Virus record (IMG/VR): IMGVR_UViG_3300025888_000019
Coordinates: 1-37,932 of that record
DNA: 37,932 nt
Direction: 5' to 3' (one strand)
Source: a virus
Lineage: Duplodnaviria > Caudoviricetes
Made by a program: the position numbers and the translations under genes. This document shows, one piece after another, positions 1 to 8,824 of the stretch; within the stretch, counting starts at the first letter, position 1, and each line of letters begins with the position of its first letter. Below the pieces are notes generated by a model. That model was not told where the DNA came from. It ran no database searches and saw only the letters and a program-made list of their open reading frames with translations.

Positions 1-215
1 ATGCACGACTCGACCACGGCATCCATGTCGGTGACCGCCTGGACGCACATCCGGTTCTGGAATGTCTCAAAGTCCTCGCCAACGCCGTTGCCATCCGTCG
101 CGTTTGAGCGAGTCCACGCATCGACCAGCGCGGCGATCGCCGCCGCCTGAATCTGTCGGGCTTTCGCGATCGCGTCAAGTTCGCCGAGAAGCGCTGTTTT
201 GATTGATACTGCCAC
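1..215 (-). CDS. Hypothetical protein, probably structural (runs off the window edge)
   Basis: GTG at 215 with GGAGG RBS; open frame MAVSIKTALLGELDAIAKARQ... to position 1; not in the ORF track. Confidence 0.6.
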   Translation of the reverse strand, partial: MAVSIKTALLGELDAIAKARQIQAAAIAALVDAWTRSNATDGNGVGEDFETFQNRMCVQAVTDMDAVVESC

Positions 216-246
216 TGGTGGCCTCCGTTCCTGCCGCAAAAGCGGC

Positions 247-609
247 CTAGATTCCCCTACTCTTCCATCCCATCTTTTGGGCTATGTATGCCATATACAA
301 TCGACCTCTCGTGAACAACGGATCTGAGAGGTAATGCGACATCTCGCCATTCTTGTGCTTCCAGTACCGTTCGTAATGCTGCCTGCAAGCGTAAATCTTA
401 TGGTAGCTCAGGGAGAGCATCAGCATGGCCCTGTCAAACTGCAAAAGAGCCGTCGATACCAGTCCGCCTGCCCATCCTGCGTCTTTCGGACATATCGCCT
501 GGCTAGATGCCTTGAGATCGAGTCCGCACCCTTGCAACGCATCGAACGCCGACTCGTGAACTTTACGCACGAGCGCATCGCCATTCCACTTCATCTTAAA
601 CTTCGGCAT
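247..609 (-). CDS. HK97 gp10-like / minor capsid neck or tail-completion protein
   Basis: MPKFKMKWNG...SQAICPKDAG...YACRQHYE...HYLSDP pattern; lies after the head-closure gene. Confidence 0.65.
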   Translation of the reverse strand: MPKFKMKWNGDALVRKVHESAFDALQGCGLDLKASSQAICPKDAGWAGGLVSTALLQFDRAMLMLSLSYHKIYACRQHYERYWKHKNGEMSHYLSDPLFTRGRLYMAYIAQKMGWKSRGI

Positions 610-955
610 CGGATATACCTTCAAAATACGCTTCGACGTGGCTTACCATCGCGAACTGTCGGATGGGTTTTACGACGATAACGCGATAGACCCCGCCGTC
701 CCAAGTCACCTTGTCGCCGATCTTTGCAACGCTGTCGTGCGGACCGAGCCCGAACAAAGCCGCCGTCACTTCCTCGCCCTTGTCGTTCGTCACGGATTTG
801 GTTGTCGGCTCCAGTCGCCATAGCTCAGTCGCGTCGGCATCATACACGGGACCGTAGGCTGAGTTGCCGGACTTCGACTCAATGACGATCGAGTCGAGCA
901 TCTGTTGCTCCATCCGGTATCGAATGCCAGCCATTTGTGTAGCCGAGAGTGGCAT
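596..955 (-). CDS. Putative head-closure (stopper) protein
   Basis: ATG 955 with AGGAG RBS; GNSAYGPVY...VTNDKGEEV...IGDKVTWDGGVYRV typical of head-closure proteins; synteny. Confidence 0.65.
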   Translation of the reverse strand: MPLSATQMAGIRYRMEQQMLDSIVIESKSGNSAYGPVYDADATELWRLEPTTKSVTNDKGEEVTAALFGLGPHDSVAKIGDKVTWDGGVYRVIVVKPIRQFAMVSHVEAYFEGISDAEV

Positions 956-956
956 G

Positions 957-1700
957 TCAACTCCTTGCCGCCGCGACTTGGCCCGCGTTGCACTTTTGCA
1001 AGAACGATTCGTACTTCTCTTTCTGGACCGCCCGATAGAACCCAATCTCCGTGCCAAGATTATGCTCATACTGGGGGGTCTTGATGTTCGCCGCCATCCC
1101 GCTTGCGGCGACTACCCGCACAGCTCGCGCCGCCAACTTCGATTCCACCAAGTCGAGGAAGATGTCGTAGTCGGCCTCCGGTATGTCGTCGAGAGTCGCG
1201 TAGCCCTTGGTGTAGAGCAGGTAGACCGTCATTCCGGCCTGCGTTGGCGCCGGAGTCAGGTAGATGGTTCCAGCCGGAGAGTGCTGGTATGCCGACCCTG
1301 CGGAGTAGCGGTTGGCCTCCATCAACTTGATTCGCTCGATGAGTTCGAGTGAGGGCATGTCCCAGTCGGCAACCCCGAACGTCGTCAAGATGCTCTGCCA
1401 ATCGGAATACGGCAGTCCGGCAAATGAGGCGCCCAAGCCGTTCCACAGGCACTTGACGATGCTGATTCCATCCTCGTCGCCAACGTCATCCCATGAATAC
1501 GATGCTTGGCCGGCAACGGTATCGAATGTCAACGATGCGTAAACTGGCCGGTGCCGCGCATACTCGAACAGCAGATCGTTGAGCACGATGGTCAGATCCG
1601 CGTCGCTGATCTCGGCAACCAATATGCCGCGCGATCGGATGCTCGCGATCATGCCGTCCGGCGCGCTGAGTGCTACGGGGTCCACATTATAGACTGTCAT
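957..1700 (-). CDS. Putative head-tail adaptor / neck protein
   Basis: 247 aa; DTVAGQASY and IYLTPAP motifs seen in phage neck proteins; coupled to neighbours. Confidence 0.55.
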   Translation of the reverse strand: MTVYNVDPVALSAPDGMIASIRSRGILVAEISDADLTIVLNDLLFEYARHRPVYASLTFDTVAGQASYSWDDVGDEDGISIVKCLWNGLGASFAGLPYSDWQSILTTFGVADWDMPSLELIERIKLMEANRYSAGSAYQHSPAGTIYLTPAPTQAGMTVYLLYTKGYATLDDIPEADYDIFLDLVESKLAARAVRVVAASGMAANIKTPQYEHNLGTEIGFYRAVQKEKYESFLQKCNAGQVAAARS

Positions 1701-2215
1701 GCCACCACCACTATCTGAACATCGGCTTCAATCGTGCTGCCGCTGATTCGCTGATAATAGGTTCCCGCTGCCACATAGAGCGTGAATGCGCCGAGTTCGA
1801 CTGTCCGCGTGGACTGGACCAGGTGCGCGTCCGCGAGATCCACGTTGCTGAACAACTGGACAAGAGCGCCGACAAGCGGGACGCCACTGCGCTGGACATT
1901 GCCCGAGTGTACCGACAAACCCACAGTCCCGGCTTTCACCTCGAATACGCAATCGGTCGGGTCGCAACCCGCGGCTTCCGCGTGTATCTTCAGCGGTCCG
2001 ATCGTATCGGCATCGCCGGCGTTCGGCAGTATGTGCCACCAGCCCTCGCTCCCGCCCGGGACTTCTGCGATTGCACCTGCCGGAACCGCGAAAGCCCCGC
2101 CGTTCTTGCTGATTGTAACGGTTGGGGGGACGCCTGCCTTGCCATTGATATGATCGGCCGAGTCGATCATCAGGAACGGCAGATATTCGGTTGTGTTATG
2201 CTGTTCAATTTGCAT
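1697..2215 (-). CDS. Putative virion structural protein with C-terminal prealbumin/Ig-like domain
   Basis: PFLMIDSADHINGK...TISKNGGAF; C-terminal SGNVQRSGVPLVGALVQLF resembles carboxypeptidase-regulatory-like domains. Confidence 0.5.
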   Translation of the reverse strand: MQIEQHNTTEYLPFLMIDSADHINGKAGVPPTVTISKNGGAFAVPAGAIAEVPGGSEGWWHILPNAGDADTIGPLKIHAEAAGCDPTDCVFEVKAGTVGLSVHSGNVQRSGVPLVGALVQLFSNVDLADAHLVQSTRTVELGAFTLYVAAGTYYQRISGSTIEADVQIVVVA

Positions 2216-2600
2216 AGTTCGCCCCACGCGATCCTGCTCTGAGTTGGCGGTTCCGCCGAAAATGCCCGTGCCCCGATGCCTCTTCGACTGCGAAACTTGT
2301 GCCGGTTGCTGTAACCGTATCCGCACCCGTGACCGTTACTGCCGCGCCCGCCGCGCCCGCGCTGATGCCTGTCAGTTCCGGCGTGAGAAGATATGCGTAA
2401 CTGATTGCCACTGCCAGAGCGGTTGCAACTCCGCCTACGCCCTCGTCAGGAGCGAACTCCTCCTCCCGGCGGCCGTCCGGCAGCACTACTCCGTACACGC
2501 CGTCTACGTGCTCAACGGTGAAGGCGAATCCGTTGATATTAACATTCTCGCCATTGGCGGGTGTGGCACTCAAAACTGTGACTGTGAATGTCTTGCTCAC
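2205..2600 (-). CDS. Hypothetical structural protein (Ala/Thr/Val-rich)
   Basis: 131 aa beta-rich ORF overlapping both neighbours. Confidence 0.55.
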   Translation of the reverse strand: MSKTFTVTVLSATPANGENVNINGFAFTVEHVDGVYGVVLPDGRREEEFAPDEGVGGVATALAVAISYAYLLTPELTGISAGAAGAAVTVTGADTVTATGTSFAVEEASGHGHFRRNRQLRAGSRGANYAN

Positions 2601-2890
2601 TTCTCCACCCCAAATAGCCCGCCATCGCGCTCCTGCACGCCCCTGACGAGCTTCCCGTCAACCTCGCGTTCGACCATCAGCCCATCGGCCAGTTTGTCGT
2701 ATCCCGTGATGCACCTTACGCACTTGGGCCAGCCCGCGCCGGGCTTGATAACGATCAACTCACAATGCGCTGTCACGAGCTCCCCGCCCGGCACCTGAGC
2801 CGTGGCCTCCAGCGTTATCACTGTGCCGGGAGGTGTGGTTGTCATGACCATACCTTGCGCGATCACACTCGGAGGCGGTAGGGCCTGCAT
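2597..2890 (-). CDS. Hypothetical protein
   Basis: 97 aa ORF filling the operon gap with GTGA overlap. Confidence 0.55.
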   Translation of the reverse strand: MQALPPPSVIAQGMVMTTTPPGTVITLEATAQVPGGELVTAHCELIVIKPGAGWPKCVRCITGYDKLADGLMVEREVDGKLVRGVQERDGGLFGVEK

Positions 2891-2894
2891 ATCG

Positions 2895-4373
2895 CTATGC
2901 CGCCGTCGTTATGGCGTCGCTGGTTCGCACAACACCATTCCACGCCACATTGAGATACCACGTGTCCGTGCCAGCTTCGACCAGACTGAACACGATCTTG
3001 CCTGTCTGATCGGTCATTATCTGCCCGTGAGTCTTCGCTGTAAACGCGGCAATGAGCGTCCCTGTCGTCGGCCCAGTCGTGCCGCTTGGGGCTGTAGCGC
3101 ATCTCGCCCCGCCTGCGGTATCGGATAGCCAGAACGTTACCAGTTGCGGACTAGTCGGCTTCAACCCGGACTTGTCCAGTAGTTGAACGGTCGTAAGAAC
3201 AGTGTCCGCCGCTTCCGCGCCTACTTGGAACGTTATATCGCCAAGCGTGCTCGGATCTGTCAGGAACAGCTTCGCAGGTTCGGCCAGGTTTGTGCCGATG
3301 GTTCCGCTTGTTCGCAGTGCGCCCGCGCTTGTGACGCCAAGAGTGTTGATCGTGCCGGGTGCCGTGCGTTTGAGTTCCAGTGGCGTCGCCCCGCCGCTTG
3401 TCACCACGTAGATGTAGGTGTCAACGATAGTGGCTATGCCTGCAAGGACCCCGATACCGACCACATTGCCCTCATCCCCAAGTGTATCCAGAATATTGAT
3501 CGTGCAGTCAGTGAGTTCAAGCGTCGCATCGGCGTGGTTAAGATAAAAGCCGAACTGAGCCATAGCCCCACTGCCGCTGTCTACGATGTTGAATGCCGTG
3601 CCGACAGCCTTGAGCTTGATGGAATGGGATGTCGCAAAGAAGCAACTCGGCGAGAACCCATCCGAACTGAACGTCCACGTCCCACCCCGCACGTCGAGCA
3701 GCATGGTGGAGTCGCCAGCCCCGGACGAGAGGTTGGTGTCCACATAACCATCCCACAACGATAAACAGTCGCAGTTGATGAGCCGCACCACGCCGCTTGA
3801 CCCTGGCGAGGGCAACAGCAGGTCGCCTATCCCGGCCATCCTGCAGTCCCTAAACGTCATGTCGCAGGGGTTCTCGCCACTGATCATAATGGCTTCACTG
3901 CCACCGTCAATGTTGAATCCCTGAATGTACGACCGACCTGAACACTTGACCTCCGACACTTGGCAGGCAGTGCGTCCCCCTATGCCGATCAGCGTAAGAC
4001 TCTTGCTGCCGAAATCTGCCTGTTCGATGTAGTTCCCCGCGTCCGCCATCAGCACATCGCCGTCAGATGCCGCCAAAATCGCAAGCGTGATTGTGGCATG
4101 ATCTTTGCCCGCGCCGATTGTCCGCACGTTGCCCGGAACGGCTTCGCCAAGATCGTTAGGCCGCACGACTCGCACACGAGCATCAGGGACATACTCAGCA
4201 CCCGTGAAGTCCACGATGGTATACGGCTCAGCCGCAGTCGCCCCGTCCGCAACGGCGGCGGCGATCGCGGCGGCGATGGACTGGAACGGACAGCCCGGCC
4301 CAACCAAGTATGTATTGTCGCCCAGCGACGCGCCCCCGCCTCCGCCTATTCCCGGTGTTCTGCTTATGTCCAT
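2895..4373 (-). CDS. Pectin-lyase-like beta-helix protein (fibre/spike)
   Basis: Cap motif TIGAGKDHATITLAILAASDGDVL..AGNYIE followed by beta-helix-like rungs; separate C-terminal domain of about 120 aa; AGGAG RBS. Confidence 0.65.
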   Translation of the reverse strand: MDISRTPGIGGGGGASLGDNTYLVGPGCPFQSIAAAIAAAVADGATAAEPYTIVDFTGAEYVPDARVRVVRPNDLGEAVPGNVRTIGAGKDHATITLAILAASDGDVLMADAGNYIEQADFGSKSLTLIGIGGRTACQVSEVKCSGRSYIQGFNIDGGSEAIMISGENPCDMTFRDCRMAGIGDLLLPSPGSSGVVRLINCDCLSLWDGYVDTNLSSGAGDSTMLLDVRGGTWTFSSDGFSPSCFFATSHSIKLKAVGTAFNIVDSGSGAMAQFGFYLNHADATLELTDCTINILDTLGDEGNVVGIGVLAGIATIVDTYIYVVTSGGATPLELKRTAPGTINTLGVTSAGALRTSGTIGTNLAEPAKLFLTDPSTLGDITFQVGAEAADTVLTTVQLLDKSGLKPTSPQLVTFWLSDTAGGARCATAPSGTTGPTTGTLIAAFTAKTHGQIMTDQTGKIVFSLVEAGTDTWYLNVAWNGVVRTSDAITTAA

Positions 4374-4382
4374 CGTATTCTC

Positions 4383-4742
4383 CTAGTCCGGGTTCGCCCG
4401 GTAAGCGGTCAGCAGTACGCGATCGTTGGCCCCGCCACTGGCCGCAGCGCCATCCTCATCGGTCAGCAAGACGTGCAAATACGGCGTTTCGCTGAGCTTC
4501 GGGTCGATGTGGATCTCGACGGCGCCGCCGGCGGTCAGGTAGCCCTCCGGCAGGAATGTCCCGAGTGCCGCAGAAGGCGCGGCGGCTGTTTCGTCAACCC
4601 GGTAGTAGAGCCGGTAGCCCGCGTTCGTAAGCGGGTCGAACTGAAACTCGATGTCGAGCTTGCCGACCAGCGGAAGATTGTAGTGATTGATGTCCAGGAG
4701 GCTGATCGGCGCGATTGCCGTATCTTTGAAAAGGTTTCCCAT
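4383..4742 (-). CDS. Hypothetical protein
   Basis: 119 aa co-oriented ORF. Confidence 0.6.
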   Translation of the reverse strand: MGNLFKDTAIAPISLLDINHYNLPLVGKLDIEFQFDPLTNAGYRLYYRVDETAAAPSAALGTFLPEGYLTAGGAVEIHIDPKLSETPYLHVLLTDEDGAAASGGANDRVLLTAYRANPD

Positions 4743-4783
4743 CGGTTGCTCTGCCTTTCACGCGCGGATGCGGGGAAGCACTC

Positions 4784-4813
4784 AGTATAACGGTACCCTA
4801 TACTTCACCGCAA
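4784..4813 (-). promoter_or_regulatory. Possible internal sigma70 promoter
   Basis: TTGCGG-18-TATACT in the intergenic gap upstream of 4742. Confidence 0.35.
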
Positions 4814-4818
4814 GGCGA

Positions 4819-5433
4819 TTATCCTCCTGCGAGGCTATTGTCGATGTAGACGACGCCGATGCCGCCTGGAGCACTTTTTCTATTCACGACGAGTTCCTGC
4901 GTCACATACCCAGCCTCTTGGATGTCACCCCAGAGTTTCCAGACCTCAAGTTCGGGACAAGTGTCCCCTCTGAGGATGTCATGGAACGCGATGATTCCAC
5001 CTGGCTTGACCAGTTTGCCATAGAACTCAAAGTCAGCCTTGACCTCCCCGTAGAGGTGTCCCCCGTCAATGAATAGGAAATCGACCGAGGGCATCACTTG
5101 TGAGGCCAACCCTTGCGCCTCGTTGTGATGCGAGTTGCCATTTATCACGAGGCATTCGCAACCAAATGATTTGCACCAGATATCTGCCGCTTTCTGCTGA
5201 AAGAGGAAGTCTATCGCGAGGAAGTTTGCACCCGGACTGACCGCCCTCATCATGGACAGCAATGTTCCGCCGCGATATGACCCGATCTCCAAAATGTTAC
5301 GAGGGTCGGCTTTTTGCACAAGGGCAACCAACGACCGGAGTTCCCATTCTTTCTGAAGTGTCTCAGGGTCCCCGCCCGTTATCTCCGCCAGGTCCATGCT
5401 TCTCAAACCAACATCATGCCACTGGGTAAACAT
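4819..5433 (-). CDS. Class I SAM-dependent methyltransferase (Methyltransf_24-like, probable sugar O-methyltransferase)
   Basis: ILEIGSYRGGT, DFLFIDGGHLY, VKPGGIIAFHDI. Confidence 0.88.
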   Translation of the reverse strand: MFTQWHDVGLRSMDLAEITGGDPETLQKEWELRSLVALVQKADPRNILEIGSYRGGTLLSMMRAVSPGANFLAIDFLFQQKAADIWCKSFGCECLVINGNSHHNEAQGLASQVMPSVDFLFIDGGHLYGEVKADFEFYGKLVKPGGIIAFHDILRGDTCPELEVWKLWGDIQEAGYVTQELVVNRKSAPGGIGVVYIDNSLAGG

Positions 5434-5542
5434 CTTGCGCCTCCACGAACCAACAACCCGATTCCGCCCTTACCTGATCCCCGAATATCTCATGCACCGC
5501 CTGTGACACACCCGGATAGCGGGGAATGTAGTCATGGCCGAT
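5414..5542 (-). pseudogene. C-terminal remnant of a second Methyltransf_24-like gene
   Basis: Startless frame IGHDYIPRYPGVSQAVHEIFG...SGCWFV*. Confidence 0.55.
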
Positions 5543-7967
5543 TCTTTTGTGTCATGCCAATCAACACAAGTCTGGCAGGGAACTGCGCGATCACTGATTC
5601 GGGGACAGGGCATTCAGTAAAAATAGCACCGAACTCCTTTTGCCACCACTTCTCAGAACGGAAGGTTCGGTGCGTCGGATCGGCGCACATGTCGGGGTTT
5701 TCGATCGTGTCGATAACCACGCATACCTGCCCATTCCTCTTGAGTGCGTTCATTTTACGCAAGTTATCCCGCACAGAAGCCGGCGCGAGGTGTTCCAACA
5801 CGTCCTGCGAAAAAATCAGGTCGTATTTCTTCCCCGGAGAGAACCGCGAGTCAGGACCCCAAGACTTGAGAATACGGATATTGCGACCGCTTTGCCGCTG
5901 CAATACGTCTATGAGCGCATCGGGCACTTGCACGCATTCAGACCAAAGGTTCGTTTTGTCCTTTTGGTGTCGCAGGAACTTGTATTTTTCCCCGGCAAGT
6001 GCCTGGATCGTGTTGATGAACCGATATGCCACGGCTTCCTTGCTATACTTCTCCGAAAGCAACCTGCTCACGTCCCGCAAATCTGCCTTGTCGCATGGAA
6101 TGGTGAACATGTCCCGCATCCACTCGGAGATTGCATCCACGTTTGCTTCGGCCCATTGTGGTTGTTTCTCGCCCGGTTCAAAATACGGTTCCCCCGGATG
6201 GTTGTGAAACGTCGAACGTTTCATCTCGAATGGAAATAGTGTCATCGTGCGATTGTCGGCATACTCGTTTGTCGCGCTCCAGCCCGTCATTCCAATCCGA
6301 CAACCGCAAATCGCGGCTTCCAGCGGAGTTCTGCCGAAGCCCTCGCCTCGATGCGGGTGGACAAACGCTCCTTGGTCATACGAGGCACTGCGATAAATGT
6401 CGGCCAGTTCTTCCTCTGATGTATCATTCCAGATATGCTTGATCTTGGATGCGAGCGGATGCCTTGCGATCATCTTTGCCGTGTTCTCCCGCTGCCCATA
6501 GATTCCATCTTTAAGGACCAACTCGACATTATCGCCGCAAGTGAATGCCGTCCCGAACGCTTTGAGTAGCAGGTCAATCCCTTTTCGCGGCTGACTCGAT
6601 CCTACCCACAGAAACCGGAACGGCTTTGACTGGCGAGGCGAAAGGGCGGGGCGGAATACATTTGTGTCGACGGCGTTCAAGTCACATCGGATCAGTTTCC
6701 TTCGGGGTACGCCGCTGTCCACCAGAGCCTCAAGAGCGTGGTCGCTCATGCACAGGTTCACGTCCACATCGAAGCCCGCAGCATATTTGCGCGGAACACG
6801 ATCATTCTCGACAACAAAAGTACCTAACCGCCGACCTCCCATGACCAACTGGAATGAGGTAGACACCGCAAGTGGATGGAAGTCGTATCCGATGGATGCT
6901 CTTCTGAACACGGTATAGCCAAAAGATCTCAACGCATCCACCGCGTCGGAAGCTATCGCCTCCATTGAGCCTGTTTGCCCCTCCGATCTATACACACAAA
7001 CTTCGTTGCCGTCGGACAGTTTTTCTTGCATATACCGAGCATCTACGGCCCATCGATCGTGAAACGACTCTTTGCGAACTGCTTTCGTGGTTACGCCAGC
7101 CTTGTGGGGCATGTCGAACGGAACGGAAAGTAACCGATAGCCGGCGCGTAGCACCCTGTGGCTAAACTCCGTGTCTTCATGCCATACCATCGAATCATCC
7201 ATTGTCCCGACATGCCCTAAGATGTCGGACCAAAACATCTGCGTCTGCCCTATGAGCAACTGACATTCCCTAATGCAATCTCGCTGAACCAAGGGAAACT
7301 CTGCCCACCTGTCGCCCATCATGCACCCATGCGTCCCCACCATTCCGATGTCCGGTGCCGAACCCAGTGCCGACAACAACCTGCTGTCCCATCCTGGCAC
7401 AACCTCGATGTCGTTGTCCAGAATACAGATCACCTCGCCCTTGACTTCTTTCATTCCAAAGTTCCTGCCGCCGGCCACGCCGAGGTTGGTATCGCTTCGG
7501 AAGTAACGCACTCGGGGAAACGCAGTGGGGATTTGTGTGGTCGCATCTGCCGAGCCGTTGTCCACAAAGATGATCTCGAATCGGCAACCCGTATGGGCAT
7601 AGATGGACCGAACGCACTTGTCTGTGTATTCATACTGGTTGTGTCCGAGGACCACGATCGACAAGAGCACGCTAGCAATTGGTGGCCGATTGTGATTCTC
7701 CCAGAGTTTCCACTGTTCGCGTCCCTGAACGTCTGAGGCGGCTGTCCGTTTCGTGTCCCCTATCTGGTAGTTCTGCGGCTCATTCGCTAACCGCAGTGCA
7801 AGACTCTTCGGCAGAGGCGTCCATACCTGCGGATCAGCCGGCAGGCAATAGGCGCCGTGCCACTGTCCGACGCCGGTGAGATTCCGAACCTTGACTTTCG
7901 GTTCGGGCTTCGCCGGTCTTGTCGCCTGCTCCATCCGCATCTTGCGCCGCAGAATATGGTTTGCCAT
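5532..7967 (-). CDS. Multidomain glycosyltransferase: GT2 + GT4 + partial methyltransferase domain
   Basis: LSIVVL..EIIFVDNGS..NLGVAGGRN..LDND (GT-A); FLWVGSSQPRKGIDLL..EGFGRTPLEA (GT-B); YDLIFSQDVLEHL..DPTH. Confidence 0.9.
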   Translation of the reverse strand: MANHILRRKMRMEQATRPAKPEPKVKVRNLTGVGQWHGAYCLPADPQVWTPLPKSLALRLANEPQNYQIGDTKRTAASDVQGREQWKLWENHNRPPIASVLLSIVVLGHNQYEYTDKCVRSIYAHTGCRFEIIFVDNGSADATTQIPTAFPRVRYFRSDTNLGVAGGRNFGMKEVKGEVICILDNDIEVVPGWDSRLLSALGSAPDIGMVGTHGCMMGDRWAEFPLVQRDCIRECQLLIGQTQMFWSDILGHVGTMDDSMVWHEDTEFSHRVLRAGYRLLSVPFDMPHKAGVTTKAVRKESFHDRWAVDARYMQEKLSDGNEVCVYRSEGQTGSMEAIASDAVDALRSFGYTVFRRASIGYDFHPLAVSTSFQLVMGGRRLGTFVVENDRVPRKYAAGFDVDVNLCMSDHALEALVDSGVPRRKLIRCDLNAVDTNVFRPALSPRQSKPFRFLWVGSSQPRKGIDLLLKAFGTAFTCGDNVELVLKDGIYGQRENTAKMIARHPLASKIKHIWNDTSEEELADIYRSASYDQGAFVHPHRGEGFGRTPLEAAICGCRIGMTGWSATNEYADNRTMTLFPFEMKRSTFHNHPGEPYFEPGEKQPQWAEANVDAISEWMRDMFTIPCDKADLRDVSRLLSEKYSKEAVAYRFINTIQALAGEKYKFLRHQKDKTNLWSECVQVPDALIDVLQRQSGRNIRILKSWGPDSRFSPGKKYDLIFSQDVLEHLAPASVRDNLRKMNALKRNGQVCVVIDTIENPDMCADPTHRTFRSEKWWQKEFGAIFTECPVPESVIAQFPARLVLIGMTQKNRP

Positions 7968-8824
7968 CAGCTACCCTCCCCGGTCTCGACAATCAAGCCG
8001 TCGGGGTCATAAGCCACGTCGAGAATCTTACCGCCTGCCTGTTCCAATGCCTTCGCCAACTCCTGCCGACCATCCTTTTTCGACAGGAACAGCAATGTCC
8101 CGCCGCCTCCCGCACCGCAAGCCTTGCCGACCGCACCGAGGCTCTTCGCCGTGCCAAATAGATGCTCAGTTCCCGCGGCGACCAGCGGCGACCATGCCTG
8201 CTGGCAAATCCAGTTCTGCTTCACGCACTCGCGGAACCCTTCGATATCGTTGGACTTTGCGCAAAACGCGCACTTCTCGGCGATGCTACTCTGGGTTCGC
8301 AAGGCAGCATTCACCGTCGAGTCGCGCATCGCAACCGCGTCCGCGACCTCCTGATAGATCCGGCCCGATGATCGCGATGAGCCGGAATACACAAGCACGA
8401 GCCGCGACCAGAGATCGTCCATGAACGTGGCTTGTGCGTCGATTGGCCGGATGCCCACATAGTTCGCAGTGTCGATGCACATGAGATTGAACCCGCCGTA
8501 AACGGCCGCGTATTCGTCCTGCCTACCGCCCGGGGTTCCCCAGAACGCGCCAAGGCTGAATGCCTTTTCCGCCAAGTCGTCATTCTCGGTTATACCTTCG
8601 AGCGCGGCTTGGACAGCCCGATATGCACCGCTTTGGCCCAACCCCGAGCCGACTGGCATCGGGCTCAAGATTGTAAGCGACGAACTCTCCGGGCTTTTGT
8701 CCACCCAGCCGATCACTCGTTTGTTGATTGTCGCGTTGACCACGCGGCCCTCACCGAGATGCAGAAACCAGTCAGACCCGCCGCCGGCGAAGTCGATTCT
8801 CAAAGGAGCGCTTACTCTAAGCAT
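7967..8824 (-). CDS. GHMP-family sugar kinase, HddA (heptose-7-phosphate 1-kinase)-like
   Basis: APLRIDFAGGGSD, PVGSGLGQSG, GRQDEYAAVYGGFN, GKACGAGGGG. Confidence 0.87.
   Translation of the reverse strand: MLRVSAPLRIDFAGGGSDWFLHLGEGRVVNATINKRVIGWVDKSPESSSLTILSPMPVGSGLGQSGAYRAVQAALEGITENDDLAEKAFSLGAFWGTPGGRQDEYAAVYGGFNLMCIDTANYVGIRPIDAQATFMDDLWSRLVLVYSGSSRSSGRIYQEVADAVAMRDSTVNAALRTQSSIAEKCAFCAKSNDIEGFRECVKQNWICQQAWSPLVAAGTEHLFGTAKSLGAVGKACGAGGGGTLLFLSKKDGRQELAKALEQAGGKILDVAYDPDGLIVETGEGS

Noticed and set aside
2205-2326. Programmed frameshift fusing the 2600 and 2215 genes
   Set aside because: Frames overlap but I saw no slippery sequence, and 2215 has its own ATG
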